From: a virus
Lineage: Duplodnaviria > Caudoviricetes
Length of the DNA: 48,019 nucleotides
Virus record (IMG/VR): IMGVR_UViG_3300017909_002469
Coordinates: 1-48,019 of that record
Direction: 5' to 3' (one strand)
The notes beneath the pieces are model-generated. The model did no database searches. It saw only the letters and a list, made by a program, of their open reading frames with translations, and was not told the DNA's origin. Each line of letters starts with the position of its first letter. Positions within the stretch are counted from its first letter, which is position 1. The position numbers and the translations under genes are program-made. Shown piece after piece: positions 24,676 to 34,845 of the stretch.

Positions 24676-27600
24676 ATATCCCTTGCTTCTCAGCTAGCTC
24701 AACAATACGTCTTGCTAGTTTGTTCTTTTGTATCCTGAGTTGCCTGAGTTGCTGTGTCTTTTGTGTGGGCGACATAGTCGGGCTCTCGACTATTCTATTC
24801 ATAGCGTTGTTGATATCAGTCAGTTGTTTCGCTACACGATTGAACGTCTTGCGGAATCCCATAGCAACACCGCGATCTTCGAGTAACTCATTCATGCGAT
24901 CCTGATCACCTGTAGCCGCCGCATCACGATAAGATGAGAACACAGCATCTGATTCGCGCCTAAGATCATAGAAATCTCTGACAAACTGGCTGGAACTCTC
25001 TCCATCTTGCTGTATGAATCTAGTCAGTCCAAGCACCCTGCCAAAATCTGTGACGTATGGATTGCCGAATACGCCGTTCGGCTTCTGCGGCACTATTTGG
25101 CGCCAAGTCATGACGCTTTCAGCTATTGCTACTGGGATCGTGGCTAAACCTGCCATGTATCCCTCTAGCAACTGTTGAATCTCTAGAGGGCTCAACCTCG
25201 CATACTTCAAACCTGCTTCACTCAGAAGACGGTACACGTAGGGTGTTGATGAGTAGTACCTGTCCTCTGTCATCTTGCGTTGCAAAGACAATCCTTCTAT
25301 GGGTGCAAATCTAAAGAAATCGTAACCTGAGACAACCTCCAACGCAGGCACTAAACCCTGCGGTAGTGGGTTAAATGCAAACGTGTTGGCTAATGTGTGA
25401 GCGACCGCCATAGCAAGATCAGAGCCATCCTCCTGCCTGATTGCATCAATTGCGAACACGGGGAATGTCCCGAATATAGCGCCTAACTCGAACGCTCTTG
25501 GTATCCTGATTGCTTGGTCACCGATGTAGATAATGTCGTAGTTCAGTTTATTCTGTAGCGACTCCTCCTCCCAGCGATCATCAGACATCGCTAGTGCACC
25601 CAGCGTAGTAGAGACTACCAACACATGAAGTCCACGATTCATTATCCCTCGCCAATATGCCTGACGCTCATCTGCTGATAGCCTTGGATCCTCAACTAAA
25701 CGATACAAACCTTGGATACGTGCATTCAAGAACGGGATTGCAGGGATGAGTCGGTTGACCAGTAGTTGTCCAGTGATACCACCACCGGCTCCTTTCCTAC
25801 CGTAGTTGATCAGGTTCATCGCTTGGAATGCGGCCTCTCTTTCAGACACACCCTCAGCGATAAGTTTCTGGTACAGACCGATACGAACTTCAAGCTCTGT
25901 TGACTCACCGAATCGTTCTACTTTCTGGAGCAGGTTCTTAAACCCTGTGGCAACAGCCGCGACAGGTGTGTCCTTCTGTATGATCCTGCCCCCAGTTCTG
26001 CCAAGCCGTCTTGCGGTCGAGGCAAAGTCTGCTGGATCTGCACCGAAAGAATACCCACCGAATCCAGTAAGAAGTTTGATGGCCATTGCATCTTTGCCGT
26101 CTCTCATAGACTGGTTCATGCGGCTCAATGTTTTCGGTCCTATGCCAATTGGGACACCAGCTTTGATGTAGGCATCGATTTTTCCTCGCCAAAGGTTTGC
26201 CACCATGAACCCCGGCATATTTGTGACACCGATTCGCAGTATATTTGCGAACTTTTCTGCCGCTTTGATGTATGCATCTTTCTGTTGGGGAGTCAAACCA
26301 GCAAGTGAATGCCACAATGCGCCGTCCCGAATCTTGTATCCGACTTGCTCACCATTGACCCTGAACTTCATGACGTTGCCTTGCGGCTTCGTGAGGTCGG
26401 CCTTCTCTCCCCAAGATGGATCTTGTAGCTTCTCTAATGCCTCAGAGGTTTTACGCATTGCGATGTTACGCAGACCAGCAGATATGATCATCTCGTTGTT
26501 ACGATAGATGTTCTTGAGTAGGTCGCCTGAGACTTGGAAGTTACTCCCCACAAGCTCTCGATCAAACGCTCCCTTCTGCATCAAACTATTGGCCGCTCTC
26601 TGTGGGAGGGAGTTAGAGAAATCTGTGTCGCCCTCTGCTGTCTCAAGCAATCGATAGAATGGTACGTAAGCCATGTTGGCAAACTCTTCAGCCATCTGGT
26701 CATTCAACAAGCCAGAGTCTTTGCCGAACTGAACCATGTAGTTGTTGAAGTTCTGATAGTCGTTGAATATTTTTTGGAAAGCTGGGTCGCCAGCGGCTAT
26801 TGCCCTATCAATCTCTGCGTCACTTAAATTTTGGAAGCCTCTTCGCCCGCCAGCCCGCAATGCTTTCTCTCTTCTTGCAATTGCATAGGCATAGAACTGT
26901 CGCTCACTCTCTTTTGCTTGCGCCTGTGTCTGCCCTTCGAGCAGTGGCGCGAATATCTCGTTGAGTCCCTTGACGCCTGCTTCGGACACCTGCTCGACAT
27001 TGCCATCAACATCCACCTTGATTGGTCCGAACTCCATGAGTGCGTAGATTCGGCCCAGAACCTGCTGAGACATTTCCATTGCTCGTCCGACAGAATCAGG
27101 GTTGTTGTAACTCGTTCCGTAGACGATATCATCGAGCTTATAGCCCGGACTAAACCTACTAATATGGTTGCGTACAAACGCTTCTCGTAGCGTCTCACCC
27201 TTGGCCGCGCCAAACATCTTACGCATGAATTCGTTGAATGGACCTGTTGACTCGTCCTTCGCTATGACCTTGTCAACGAATGATGAGAAGCCCTCAGGGT
27301 TGGGCGTACCAGTATAGGAGAACCTCTTCGAGAACCTGATTGTATTAGGTCCGTCAGAAGAAAGTGCATCTGCACCTTTTTCAGGAGCCCTGTCTTTGAT
27401 TCCTCGTACAGCCTTGTCTTGTATCTCAAGGGCCTCTGCATAGTCCAAAGCATACGTCCCAGAGTCAGGCTTGTACTCTGTGGCCGGAGGCTCGTAGTAC
27501 ATGAATACAACGTCGGGTTGCCCTTTGTTGAACTCAATGAAGTCATTGTCGCGCCATCCCTCAGGACGTTGCTTCTCGTCCCAGACTAAACGGGATGCAG

Positions 27601-30600
27601 TCTTCATGCCGTTGGCTGAATAGATCTCAGGTAGGATTGTGTCAAATGCATCCAGCTTTCTGCCGCCCTGCTCGATAGCAAGCCGCACCAATGGATACGA
27701 AACACTGCGTAGGCCACCGCCCCTTGTGTTGAACACACTCACAATGTCATTGCCCTTCAATGCAAACCCTGCATTACCACCGTCTGTTACAAACAAACGC
27801 ATGTCTGCATACCCTGTATCGTCTGGATCTGTGATCACAGGGTAGACATACACAGCGGCACCGTAAGGATTGCTATCCTTGGACTGCTGTATCTTTGATC
27901 TGAAGTATTCCGCTGAGGATACTGACTGTTCTAATTCGTGTACGACTGGGGTTGAGATGTCGCCCATGAGATACATGGGCGCGAAAAGATTATTTACTGA
28001 GTAGGACGCAACTACGTTGTTTCCGTCCACGCCTCTGCTTTGTCGCGAGACATCCCATACTTGTCCATTAGCGCCTGCACTGTTGGCGACACGTCTTGCT
28101 GTGTCTGAGGCGCTGTACCTTTTTGAGAGTCTTGCTTGTCCAGTCCCAGTATCAGTTCTTTCATCAACTTGTCTGGGGTCTGTGCGAGTACTGACGTATC
28201 CTCTTTCTGGATCGCTGAGTGCTTCATTGATTTGCTCATCTGTATACCCCTCCTGTTTTGCTTGGTCGTATGCGGCTTGAGCATAGTCTGTATCTTGTCC
28301 TGCTCCCTTGCGGACACCAAGGGCCTCGAACAAACGCTTCTCAGGATACCACATCAAAGCCTGTAAGTCAGCAGTCTCAATATCCACCCCTACAGAGGAC
28401 AATAAACCTTGTGCTTTCTTGGTTACACGCCTCATGTAGTTACGCTCAGTACCGTTTGTTGGCGTGGCCTGTATCTGTCCGTAGAGCTTGCCTTCGAGGG
28501 TCTTCACATCCTTAAATAATTGAGGCTTGACTGGGTTACGGTCTTGTTCTTTCTGGAACTTCCTGAAGTATCTGTCCCATGATTTTCGTAGGGCAGGAAT
28601 AAACTGGTCGAGTGTCTTGTTGTTTCGGAGGTCGGACTTGCGTATGCCCGTAACCTGCAAAGCATCCTGTACTACTTCCTGTATCACCTCGTCACGACTG
28701 TTTTGTATGACGCCCCGTATCTTGCCACGCAGTGTCCTCAACTGTTCTGGCGTTGCCTCTGTTGCGAAAGGGCGATTGACGTAGCGGTTCCACATACGCA
28801 TCCACCAGATATCCATCGTCAGTGGATCGAGGTTACCCCTCAGGTTCTGATAGAAACCTTGTCCGATCTTGGGACCTGCGATGTATGAACCGAATACCAC
28901 AGTGTCAACAAGCTCGTCTGCTGGAACACTGATCTTGGTATTGAATCGCTGGTTGATATCATCAACTACGGCTTGCAGTTGTTTCACTGTGAACTGTGAG
29001 TCAAGGAACTGATCGATTGGCTTGGTAACACTACCGTCCTCGTACAGCTTCTGATACTCATTGAAGAAAACAAAAGCACTCTGCATCTGGTTCCTTCGGT
29101 CCCCACCTTTCTTCCATTCTTTGACTGGGAACCTACCCTTGTCTCTGTAGAAACGGAACGCCTCAAGTGCGTAAGCAAAATTATCTGTCACGGCCTGCCC
29201 GTTTGATGTCACAGCAAGCGCCCAATCGAAAGCTGTCTCGTCTCTGCCTGTCTCGAATATACGTGGCTCGACTAGACTGAGTGTTCTCTTTGCGGCTTGG
29301 ACCTGCTTGTCGTACCAGCCAATAGCGTTGTTATCTGATTCGAGCGCTTTGATGGCCTCTGTCGCCATAATCTTTGCGAGAGGCTCCACGTTGTCATCTG
29401 TGTAAGGAACCTTATCTGTTGTACCCAGAACATCAGATACTTTGCGTCCAAGATATGCGACAGCGTCTGTGAGTTTCACAGAGTTGGGCTTGAACTGCTC
29501 TCCGTTTATCAGACGGTACCCTGTAATCTTGCCGTCTTCATCAACTACAGGATCTGGATACAGAGGAAGAGTGGTCCGCCCCATGTCTATGTCGAACGGA
29601 TTGTCTTCAGCAATCACAGGAGTTCTGCGAGAGAACATCCGCTTAGGATCTATGATCTCTTCAGTTCCCTTGATACCTGAGAACTGCCGCTTCCTTTCGT
29701 CAAACAGATCTTTGTCTCTTGCTAACTCCCCGACATCCTCTGGACTCAAGAACCTACCTTGCAGTCCCATGACTGGCCGTGTAGAAACCTCAGCAAGTTC
29801 TTCGGGTGTCATGCTTTCTTTCGGATCATCGAACTGGAAGGCAAACTCAAATTCACCGTAGTCGAGAGGTTCGATCTCCTCTACATATATCTGGTTAGGA
29901 TTCCACACCAGATAGGAATCTGCGCCATATCCCTCACCCATGTTTGTGTAGATAATCCCATCAAACCCAGAGCTATCCATGGCTAACCAAATAGTGTCCG
30001 CATCAAGGGGCTCGTTAGGGAATTCTTTTCTATACTCGGCAAGCTTCTTCTTAACCTTCTGTATGTCAGGGCGCGACTGAATAATATTCGCCATGCGCTC
30101 TTTCCCATATCTCTGAGTGAACATGAAGGAGCTATCTTCAAGCGCAGAGCGCCACAAGTTATCATCTCCCCAGTTACCAAGATCGAATGGCAGTCTGAGG
30201 GGGCTGTTCATTTGAATTCTAGCCGTGATCCTGCGGGGGAACATTACCTTCCCGTCTTCCAGCTCCTGCACAACTTCACGCTGGAAAATTTCTTCGAGCC
30301 TCCCATCTGTAGTCTCTATGTCAGGGGCAAAATGCACAGCCTTATCTTGCGTCTCGTCAGGATTCAGAGCTGGGAAAGAATCAATGGTTGCGTGGTACAC
30401 CGGCTCCTTGATAGCAGATCTCTTCAGCCAATCATCGAGTGTCATACGCTTAGAGAACTTAGCTGTCCCCTCGGCATCATCTGGGTACAGTGGGTCAGAC
30501 TTAGGACCGATTAGCTTATCCAACTCTTCATTAAATTTGAAGAATAAAGGAACCCCTTTGGGGATGGGTGCTGTGAACGGCTCGCTGTCCACGAACGCGA

Positions 30601-33589
30601 ACTTTTCATCGGCATATTGTTGCAGTACATCTCTGCCCGCAGAAAATTTTTCAAAATCAAACGCCTGATCGCGAGGTATCTCCCCTCGTATCCTCTTTGT
30701 ATCGTAGTCAGTGTAAAACTCTTTATACTGAATCTGGACAGGGATTGTGTCAGCACCATCGATTGTTGCCAGTGCTGTGCGATGCCTTCCCTCGTGGCCA
30801 ACAACTCTGATCCCAGCCGTCTCTTCATCTTGCCTGATTTCAAGCGCAGGTATACCCATGTAATTCTGACTATCTACTTTGTCTGGATCAAATCTTGCAA
30901 ACTGTTCATCGGATGCTTCAAGACCGCGATCTCTCCTGCGATCCTGTTGCCTGCGAGATGCTGGATCTTTTGGGGCAAGTGACATCTTGGACATGTCGTT
31001 TGTTGGCATGTCTTCCAAGAACTCTTTGGCAATGCGCTTCGCATTCGCTTTATCAACCTTACCCATTCCGTATGTCAGCGACATAAAGTCTTCGACTGGC
31101 ATACGAACAGCGTAACCACTAGAGCCGTAGGGGTAGTCATATCGGTCTTTAAGCTGTTGCAGTTGCTTGAGTGTTGCGTTGAAGAAGGCAGGTGAATCAG
31201 CCGTTGCTCTTCTCGACTGCATCGGAGAAAGTGCATCTGCACCTTTTCTGTCCCTGACCCTTGAACCAATCTCTCCCGACTCGATGCTCTGGAAGATTCG
31301 GTTGGCGTCAGCAAGCTGTTCGCTGTCAAGACTCTTGCCAAGACCCTTAAAGAACTTGATGATCTTCTGGAATAGATTGAGTGGCTTACCTGCGATCTTC
31401 TTACGGCCTGCGGCCCAGTCACGGAATAACTCAGCTACCGCCTCTTCTTCTTGGAGAGACTCTGGCAAGGCATTACCTTTTTCATCCTTTGCGTACAGAA
31501 CCTGCGCTCTGTCAAAATATGAGAACAGTCTTGCCTTCCCTGACCTATCAACAAACGCCTGCTCCTTAGCCACCTTAACCAGCGACTGATACTCAGGCTC
31601 TGTCAGAACACCCAACATACGCAGAGCGTGAATGGTCTCGTGGTTCATGACTTCTTTTAGCTTCGCCTTGAGCTGTTCGTCAGTCATTTGAGGATTGTAA
31701 ATCTGTGCGGCTAGGGATATAGAGACACGACCACTATCTTTTTCGATATCAGTCACACCCTCGATCTCTGGGCTTCCTTGAATTGCACCACCTATCTTGA
31801 GCGCCACGTCCTCAAGCCCAATCTTTGATAGGTCCTGTCTCAGGGACTTGGCGATGTTACGGACCCTGTCCATAAACTCGGGGGTGTAGCCTAGGTTGAT
31901 AGCCTCTTGGGCATTCGCTCTGATCTGAACTGCATTGGCTTCAGCCAGCCTGCGTGATTGCAAAGCGCCTAGATCTTTTAAGCTTTGAACTACACCGGCG
32001 GCTTGCGCTTCGAGCTTGACACGTTCGCCTTTCTCGATTTGCTCAGGAGTCCTAGTGTCTACAAAAGGAGGATCAACGAACTCTTTCCTGCGTTCGATGA
32101 GACGGGCCTCTGTTTCCGTTAAGGTCGGGTCCATGCCTGCATCACGCAATATTGTTTGGAAGACTGATGCTTCACTGCCAACAGATACAACGTCTGTGCT
32201 TGAGGCAATGATGTCTTGCAGGACATCCTCTCTAACTTTGGCCAACTCAGTAGAAGCCTCATACTCCTCATCCCGCTTCTGCTGATCTCTCTTTTCCGCT
32301 AAAACCTGTCGTGCTTTTGCCGCCCTCTCTCGTTGTCCCTGCAACTTATTGAATGCGCGGATATCATCAATAGCTCCTGCAAGCGACTCATCTGCCGCAA
32401 CAAGATTCTCGATCTCATTAGTTTCAATCTCGTCTAGCTTCTTCCCGATCAGCGGCTCATACTTTTCGCGTAGCTCCGCTATCTGTGCCTCAACCTCTCG
32501 CTGTTCCTGCTCGATCCTAATTGCTTCTGCCTGTTTTTCCTGCGCCGCGACAACAATGTCAGAGTCATCAAAAAGAGGGAGCCTTCTCTCTGGGGGAATT
32601 GCCAGTCCCCTTGCTCTGGCTTCAGCGCGGAACAACTCCAGATTTCGGGAATCTTCTGCGACCTGATCACGAAGCTCCGCGAGGTGTGCTTCGAGATCCC
32701 TGCTTTTGGCAATGTCAGGGGGTTCTGGACGCAACGGCCCTGCGGCACCACCGATGGTTCCACCAACAAGTCCACCTGCAACCAAGGCCTCTAGTAGCTC
32801 GTCCTGTACCTCAGGAGGCATAGACGTTAAGCGGTCAAGACCATTCTTTAAGGTGCTTTCTGCTTGTATTATCTCAAGCGCTTGCTGAGCGGCTTCTGTG
32901 GGTGCCTCCACAGCAACGCCAAGAGCGGCACCCTTAGCAACCTTTTTGCCAAGCCCTGCCTTTGCGGCCTTGACTATCTCGCCACCCGCTTTAGCAGGAC
33001 CAAACACACCAATGTAACGACCAATCAGTGCATCAAGAGAGGACTGTCCAACGGATACGCCAAACGCCTTAGCGACATCTGCTTCTTTGAAGTCGATGCC
33101 CTGCTCTTGGATCTGGCGCTCAATATTCATGCCAGTAAAAAATGGAGTTCCGGCTCCTACTGCGGCGGCGGTGCCCACTCTAGGACCGCCCAATCTGGTT
33201 GCGACTGCACCAGTTCCGAGCTGTGCGATGAGCTGAGGAAGGGATGTAGCTAGTTGCTCACCCGTGTACTCGATAAGATCGAGAGGGTCTTCGATGTCTT
33301 TGAATGATGGAATGTCTGGGGTACGCTGGCGCTGTGTTTCTTCAATAGCTCTAGCGCCTGACTCGAACAATTCTTCTGAGTACTCTGGAGCTATGTCACG
33401 TAGTAGCCCAGCAATACCCTGCCTGAAAGATCCGCCTGCTCTCTGGAAGCCAGCACCAAGATCACTCAGCTCTTCCTGAGAATCGAGGATGTCCTCCAGT
33501 TCTTCCGTTGATAACTGGGAGAGATCATAGTTTACATCACGGAGTCTGAAGAGTTGATCTGTCCGTAGCTTGCTTACATCAAAAGCCAT
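24674..33589 (-). CDS. Large polyvalent virion/ejection protein (metallopeptidase, ParB-like, ART-like, HhH-glycosylase-like, GNAT and LPD38-like domains)
   Basis: 2971 aa; HETIH...EEEAVAE; VVGHEGRHR; VYHAT...VHFA...GFDGIIY...YLVWNPNQI; GWY...GPKI...TMDIWWMR...DLQALMW; AIEQGGRKLDAFD...IYSANG; IRIPRAFELG. Confidence 0.85.
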   Translation of the reverse strand: MAFDVSKLRTDQLFRLRDVNYDLSQLSTEELEDILDSQEELSDLGAGFQRAGGSFRQGIAGLLRDIAPEYSEELFESGARAIEETQRQRTPDIPSFKDIEDPLDLIEYTGEQLATSLPQLIAQLGTGAVATRLGGPRVGTAAAVGAGTPFFTGMNIERQIQEQGIDFKEADVAKAFGVSVGQSSLDALIGRYIGVFGPAKAGGEIVKAAKAGLGKKVAKGAALGVAVEAPTEAAQQALEIIQAESTLKNGLDRLTSMPPEVQDELLEALVAGGLVGGTIGGAAGPLRPEPPDIAKSRDLEAHLAELRDQVAEDSRNLELFRAEARARGLAIPPERRLPLFDDSDIVVAAQEKQAEAIRIEQEQREVEAQIAELREKYEPLIGKKLDEIETNEIENLVAADESLAGAIDDIRAFNKLQGQRERAAKARQVLAEKRDQQKRDEEYEASTELAKVREDVLQDIIASSTDVVSVGSEASVFQTILRDAGMDPTLTETEARLIERRKEFVDPPFVDTRTPEQIEKGERVKLEAQAAGVVQSLKDLGALQSRRLAEANAVQIRANAQEAINLGYTPEFMDRVRNIAKSLRQDLSKIGLEDVALKIGGAIQGSPEIEGVTDIEKDSGRVSISLAAQIYNPQMTDEQLKAKLKEVMNHETIHALRMLGVLTEPEYQSLVKVAKEQAFVDRSGKARLFSYFDRAQVLYAKDEKGNALPESLQEEEAVAELFRDWAAGRKKIAGKPLNLFQKIIKFFKGLGKSLDSEQLADANRIFQSIESGEIGSRVRDRKGADALSPMQSRRATADSPAFFNATLKQLQQLKDRYDYPYGSSGYAVRMPVEDFMSLTYGMGKVDKANAKRIAKEFLEDMPTNDMSKMSLAPKDPASRRQQDRRRDRGLEASDEQFARFDPDKVDSQNYMGIPALEIRQDEETAGIRVVGHEGRHRTALATIDGADTIPVQIQYKEFYTDYDTKRIRGEIPRDQAFDFEKFSAGRDVLQQYADEKFAFVDSEPFTAPIPKGVPLFFKFNEELDKLIGPKSDPLYPDDAEGTAKFSKRMTLDDWLKRSAIKEPVYHATIDSFPALNPDETQDKAVHFAPDIETTDGRLEEIFQREVVQELEDGKVMFPRRITARIQMNSPLRLPFDLGNWGDDNLWRSALEDSSFMFTQRYGKERMANIIQSRPDIQKVKKKLAEYRKEFPNEPLDADTIWLAMDSSGFDGIIYTNMGEGYGADSYLVWNPNQIYVEEIEPLDYGEFEFAFQFDDPKESMTPEELAEVSTRPVMGLQGRFLSPEDVGELARDKDLFDERKRQFSGIKGTEEIIDPKRMFSRRTPVIAEDNPFDIDMGRTTLPLYPDPVVDEDGKITGYRLINGEQFKPNSVKLTDAVAYLGRKVSDVLGTTDKVPYTDDNVEPLAKIMATEAIKALESDNNAIGWYDKQVQAAKRTLSLVEPRIFETGRDETAFDWALAVTSNGQAVTDNFAYALEAFRFYRDKGRFPVKEWKKGGDRRNQMQSAFVFFNEYQKLYEDGSVTKPIDQFLDSQFTVKQLQAVVDDINQRFNTKISVPADELVDTVVFGSYIAGPKIGQGFYQNLRGNLDPLTMDIWWMRMWNRYVNRPFATEATPEQLRTLRGKIRGVIQNSRDEVIQEVVQDALQVTGIRKSDLRNNKTLDQFIPALRKSWDRYFRKFQKEQDRNPVKPQLFKDVKTLEGKLYGQIQATPTNGTERNYMRRVTKKAQGLLSSVGVDIETADLQALMWYPEKRLFEALGVRKGAGQDTDYAQAAYDQAKQEGYTDEQINEALSDPERGYVSTRTDPRQVDERTDTGTGQARLSKRYSASDTARRVANSAGANGQVWDVSRQSRGVDGNNVVASYSVNNLFAPMYLMGDISTPVVHELEQSVSSAEYFRSKIQQSKDSNPYGAAVYVYPVITDPDDTGYADMRLFVTDGGNAGFALKGNDIVSVFNTRGGGLRSVSYPLVRLAIEQGGRKLDAFDTILPEIYSANGMKTASRLVWDEKQRPEGWRDNDFIEFNKGQPDVVFMYYEPPATEYKPDSGTYALDYAEALEIQDKAVRGIKDRAPEKGADALSSDGPNTIRFSKRFSYTGTPNPEGFSSFVDKVIAKDESTGPFNEFMRKMFGAAKGETLREAFVRNHISRFSPGYKLDDIVYGTSYNNPDSVGRAMEMSQQVLGRIYALMEFGPIKVDVDGNVEQVSEAGVKGLNEIFAPLLEGQTQAQAKESERQFYAYAIARREKALRAGGRRGFQNLSDAEIDRAIAAGDPAFQKIFNDYQNFNNYMVQFGKDSGLLNDQMAEEFANMAYVPFYRLLETAEGDTDFSNSLPQRAANSLMQKGAFDRELVGSNFQVSGDLLKNIYRNNEMIISAGLRNIAMRKTSEALEKLQDPSWGEKADLTKPQGNVMKFRVNGEQVGYKIRDGALWHSLAGLTPQQKDAYIKAAEKFANILRIGVTNMPGFMVANLWRGKIDAYIKAGVPIGIGPKTLSRMNQSMRDGKDAMAIKLLTGFGGYSFGADPADFASTARRLGRTGGRIIQKDTPVAAVATGFKNLLQKVERFGESTELEVRIGLYQKLIAEGVSEREAAFQAMNLINYGRKGAGGGITGQLLVNRLIPAIPFLNARIQGLYRLVEDPRLSADERQAYWRGIMNRGLHVLVVSTTLGALAMSDDRWEEESLQNKLNYDIIYIGDQAIRIPRAFELGAIFGTFPVFAIDAIRQEDGSDLAMAVAHTLANTFAFNPLPQGLVPALEVVSGYDFFRFAPIEGLSLQRKMTEDRYYSSTPYVYRLLSEAGLKYARLSPLEIQQLLEGYMAGLATIPVAIAESVMTWRQIVPQKPNGVFGNPYVTDFGRVLGLTRFIQQDGESSSQFVRDFYDLRRESDAVFSSYRDAAATGDQDRMNELLEDRGVAMGFRKTFNRVAKQLTDINNAMNRIVESPTMSPTQKTQQLRQLRIQKNKLARRIVELAEKQGI
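27359..27380. repeat. Dispersed palindrome copy 11, intragenic (AGAAAGTGCATCTGCACCTTTT)
   Basis: Encodes KGADALS in an inter-domain linker. Confidence 0.85.
31226..31247. repeat. Dispersed palindrome copy 12, intragenic (identical to copy 11)
   Basis: Encodes KGADALS in an inter-domain linker. Confidence 0.85.
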
Positions 33590-33601
33590 ACAGCCCCCAG
33601 A

Positions 33602-34843
33602 CTATTGTGATGCTTGTCTTCGAGAAATCTCCAGCTCTGTTAGAGATCCTAAATCTGCGGTTGATCCACTGACAGGAAGGCCAAGCATTTGTGCAATCAT
33701 CAAATCTAATTGCTTGATTTGGTCCGCTAACTGCTTGCGCTCTGGAGTTCCTTCCATCGTATCCCCAAACAACTTACCTAACTCTTGTCTGAACTTGAGT
33801 ACGTTCTGTAGATTTTTATCACCGCCAGCAATCATCTTCTTGATTTTTTCTTTGATGATGAATGACTGCAAGCTTGATGGCTTGGAAGACTCCTGCACTG
33901 AGTCGAGCACTTCCTTCCCGCCTGCCTTCAAGGCTTGCATCAAATTAGGTTGGCCCACTGCGGCGAGACCTGCTCTGGCGATACCTAATTGCAGAGCTTG
34001 CTTACGCCTGCGCTCATCCATCTCAGCAATCTGATCGAACAGGGTCTTTGTTTCTGCCTGCTTCTTCTTGATTTCATCTTCCTGTTGTTGAGCCTGAACC
34101 CTTGCCGCCTCCTGACTCCTTTGTTCAGCAGGAACACCGAGGCTTGGAAGTCTCGGGACATCTTTACCAGTCAACTGAGCCGCAAGGTCCGCAAATTCTG
34201 GAGAGTTAGTTGGGAAGTCCAAACCATTTTGCATCATGTATTGCAAGACTTGGTCGAACTCATCTTGTGTTAAACCATAAGCTCCCGCTAGAGTGCCGTC
34301 TCCCATGTTTGTCGGTGACGCAAAGAAAGCGCCCAATCCAAATGGGCTTGATAGTGTTGCCGCCCGCAGAGCCTTGCCCCCAAGCGATGAATTTTTAGGT
34401 CCGAAGAACCCCATTTGAGGAGCGTATCCACCGCCTTTAGTAACTCTGGATGTACCTGCAACATATGGGACAATACCTTGCCCTTTTGGAATCGGGGATA
34501 AATCCGACAAGCGCTCTGTTTGCCGACCTAGGAAGCCTCTAGGAATTGCTCTTCCTAATCCAGCAAGCCCACCCAAGGCCATCTTTTTAACAGGTCGTCC
34601 CATAAAAGGTGCAGATGCACTTTTTTGCATTGGCATCATGGCGCCGATACCGCCAACAAGGTCTTCCACTACAGTGGACTGGGGTGGTTGTTGCTTGTTG
34701 TATCGAGCCTTCATCTTCTGTCTACGGTCAAGCTCAGTGGCCACTAGGAATACAGGTGCGTTACCGCTTGGACGCTGTACCTCCTGCACCAACTGTTGCT
34801 CGCTCATATTCTTCAGGGCTTCTTGTACTTCTAATATGTTCAT
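33602..34843 (-). CDS. Putative DNA ejection/internal virion protein
   Basis: 413 aa helical ORF directly upstream of the polyvalent protein. Confidence 0.6.
   Translation of the reverse strand: MNILEVQEALKNMSEQQLVQEVQRPSGNAPVFLVATELDRRQKMKARYNKQQPPQSTVVEDLVGGIGAMMPMQKSASAPFMGRPVKKMALGGLAGLGRAIPRGFLGRQTERLSDLSPIPKGQGIVPYVAGTSRVTKGGGYAPQMGFFGPKNSSLGGKALRAATLSSPFGLGAFFASPTNMGDGTLAGAYGLTQDEFDQVLQYMMQNGLDFPTNSPEFADLAAQLTGKDVPRLPSLGVPAEQRSQEAARVQAQQQEDEIKKKQAETKTLFDQIAEMDERRRKQALQLGIARAGLAAVGQPNLMQALKAGGKEVLDSVQESSKPSSLQSFIIKEKIKKMIAGGDKNLQNVLKFRQELGKLFGDTMEGTPERKQLADQIKQLDLMIAQMLGLPVSGSTADLGSLTELEISRRQASQ
34604..34625. repeat. Dispersed palindrome copy 13, intragenic (AAAAGGTGCAGATGCACTTTTT)
   Basis: Encodes KSASAPF in a low-complexity linker. 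Confidence 0.85.
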
Positions 34844-34845
34844 GT

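Noticed and set aside
25126-33479. Many short ORFs overlapping the 2971-aa gene
   Set aside because: Antisense or alternate-frame shadows of a long coding sequence.
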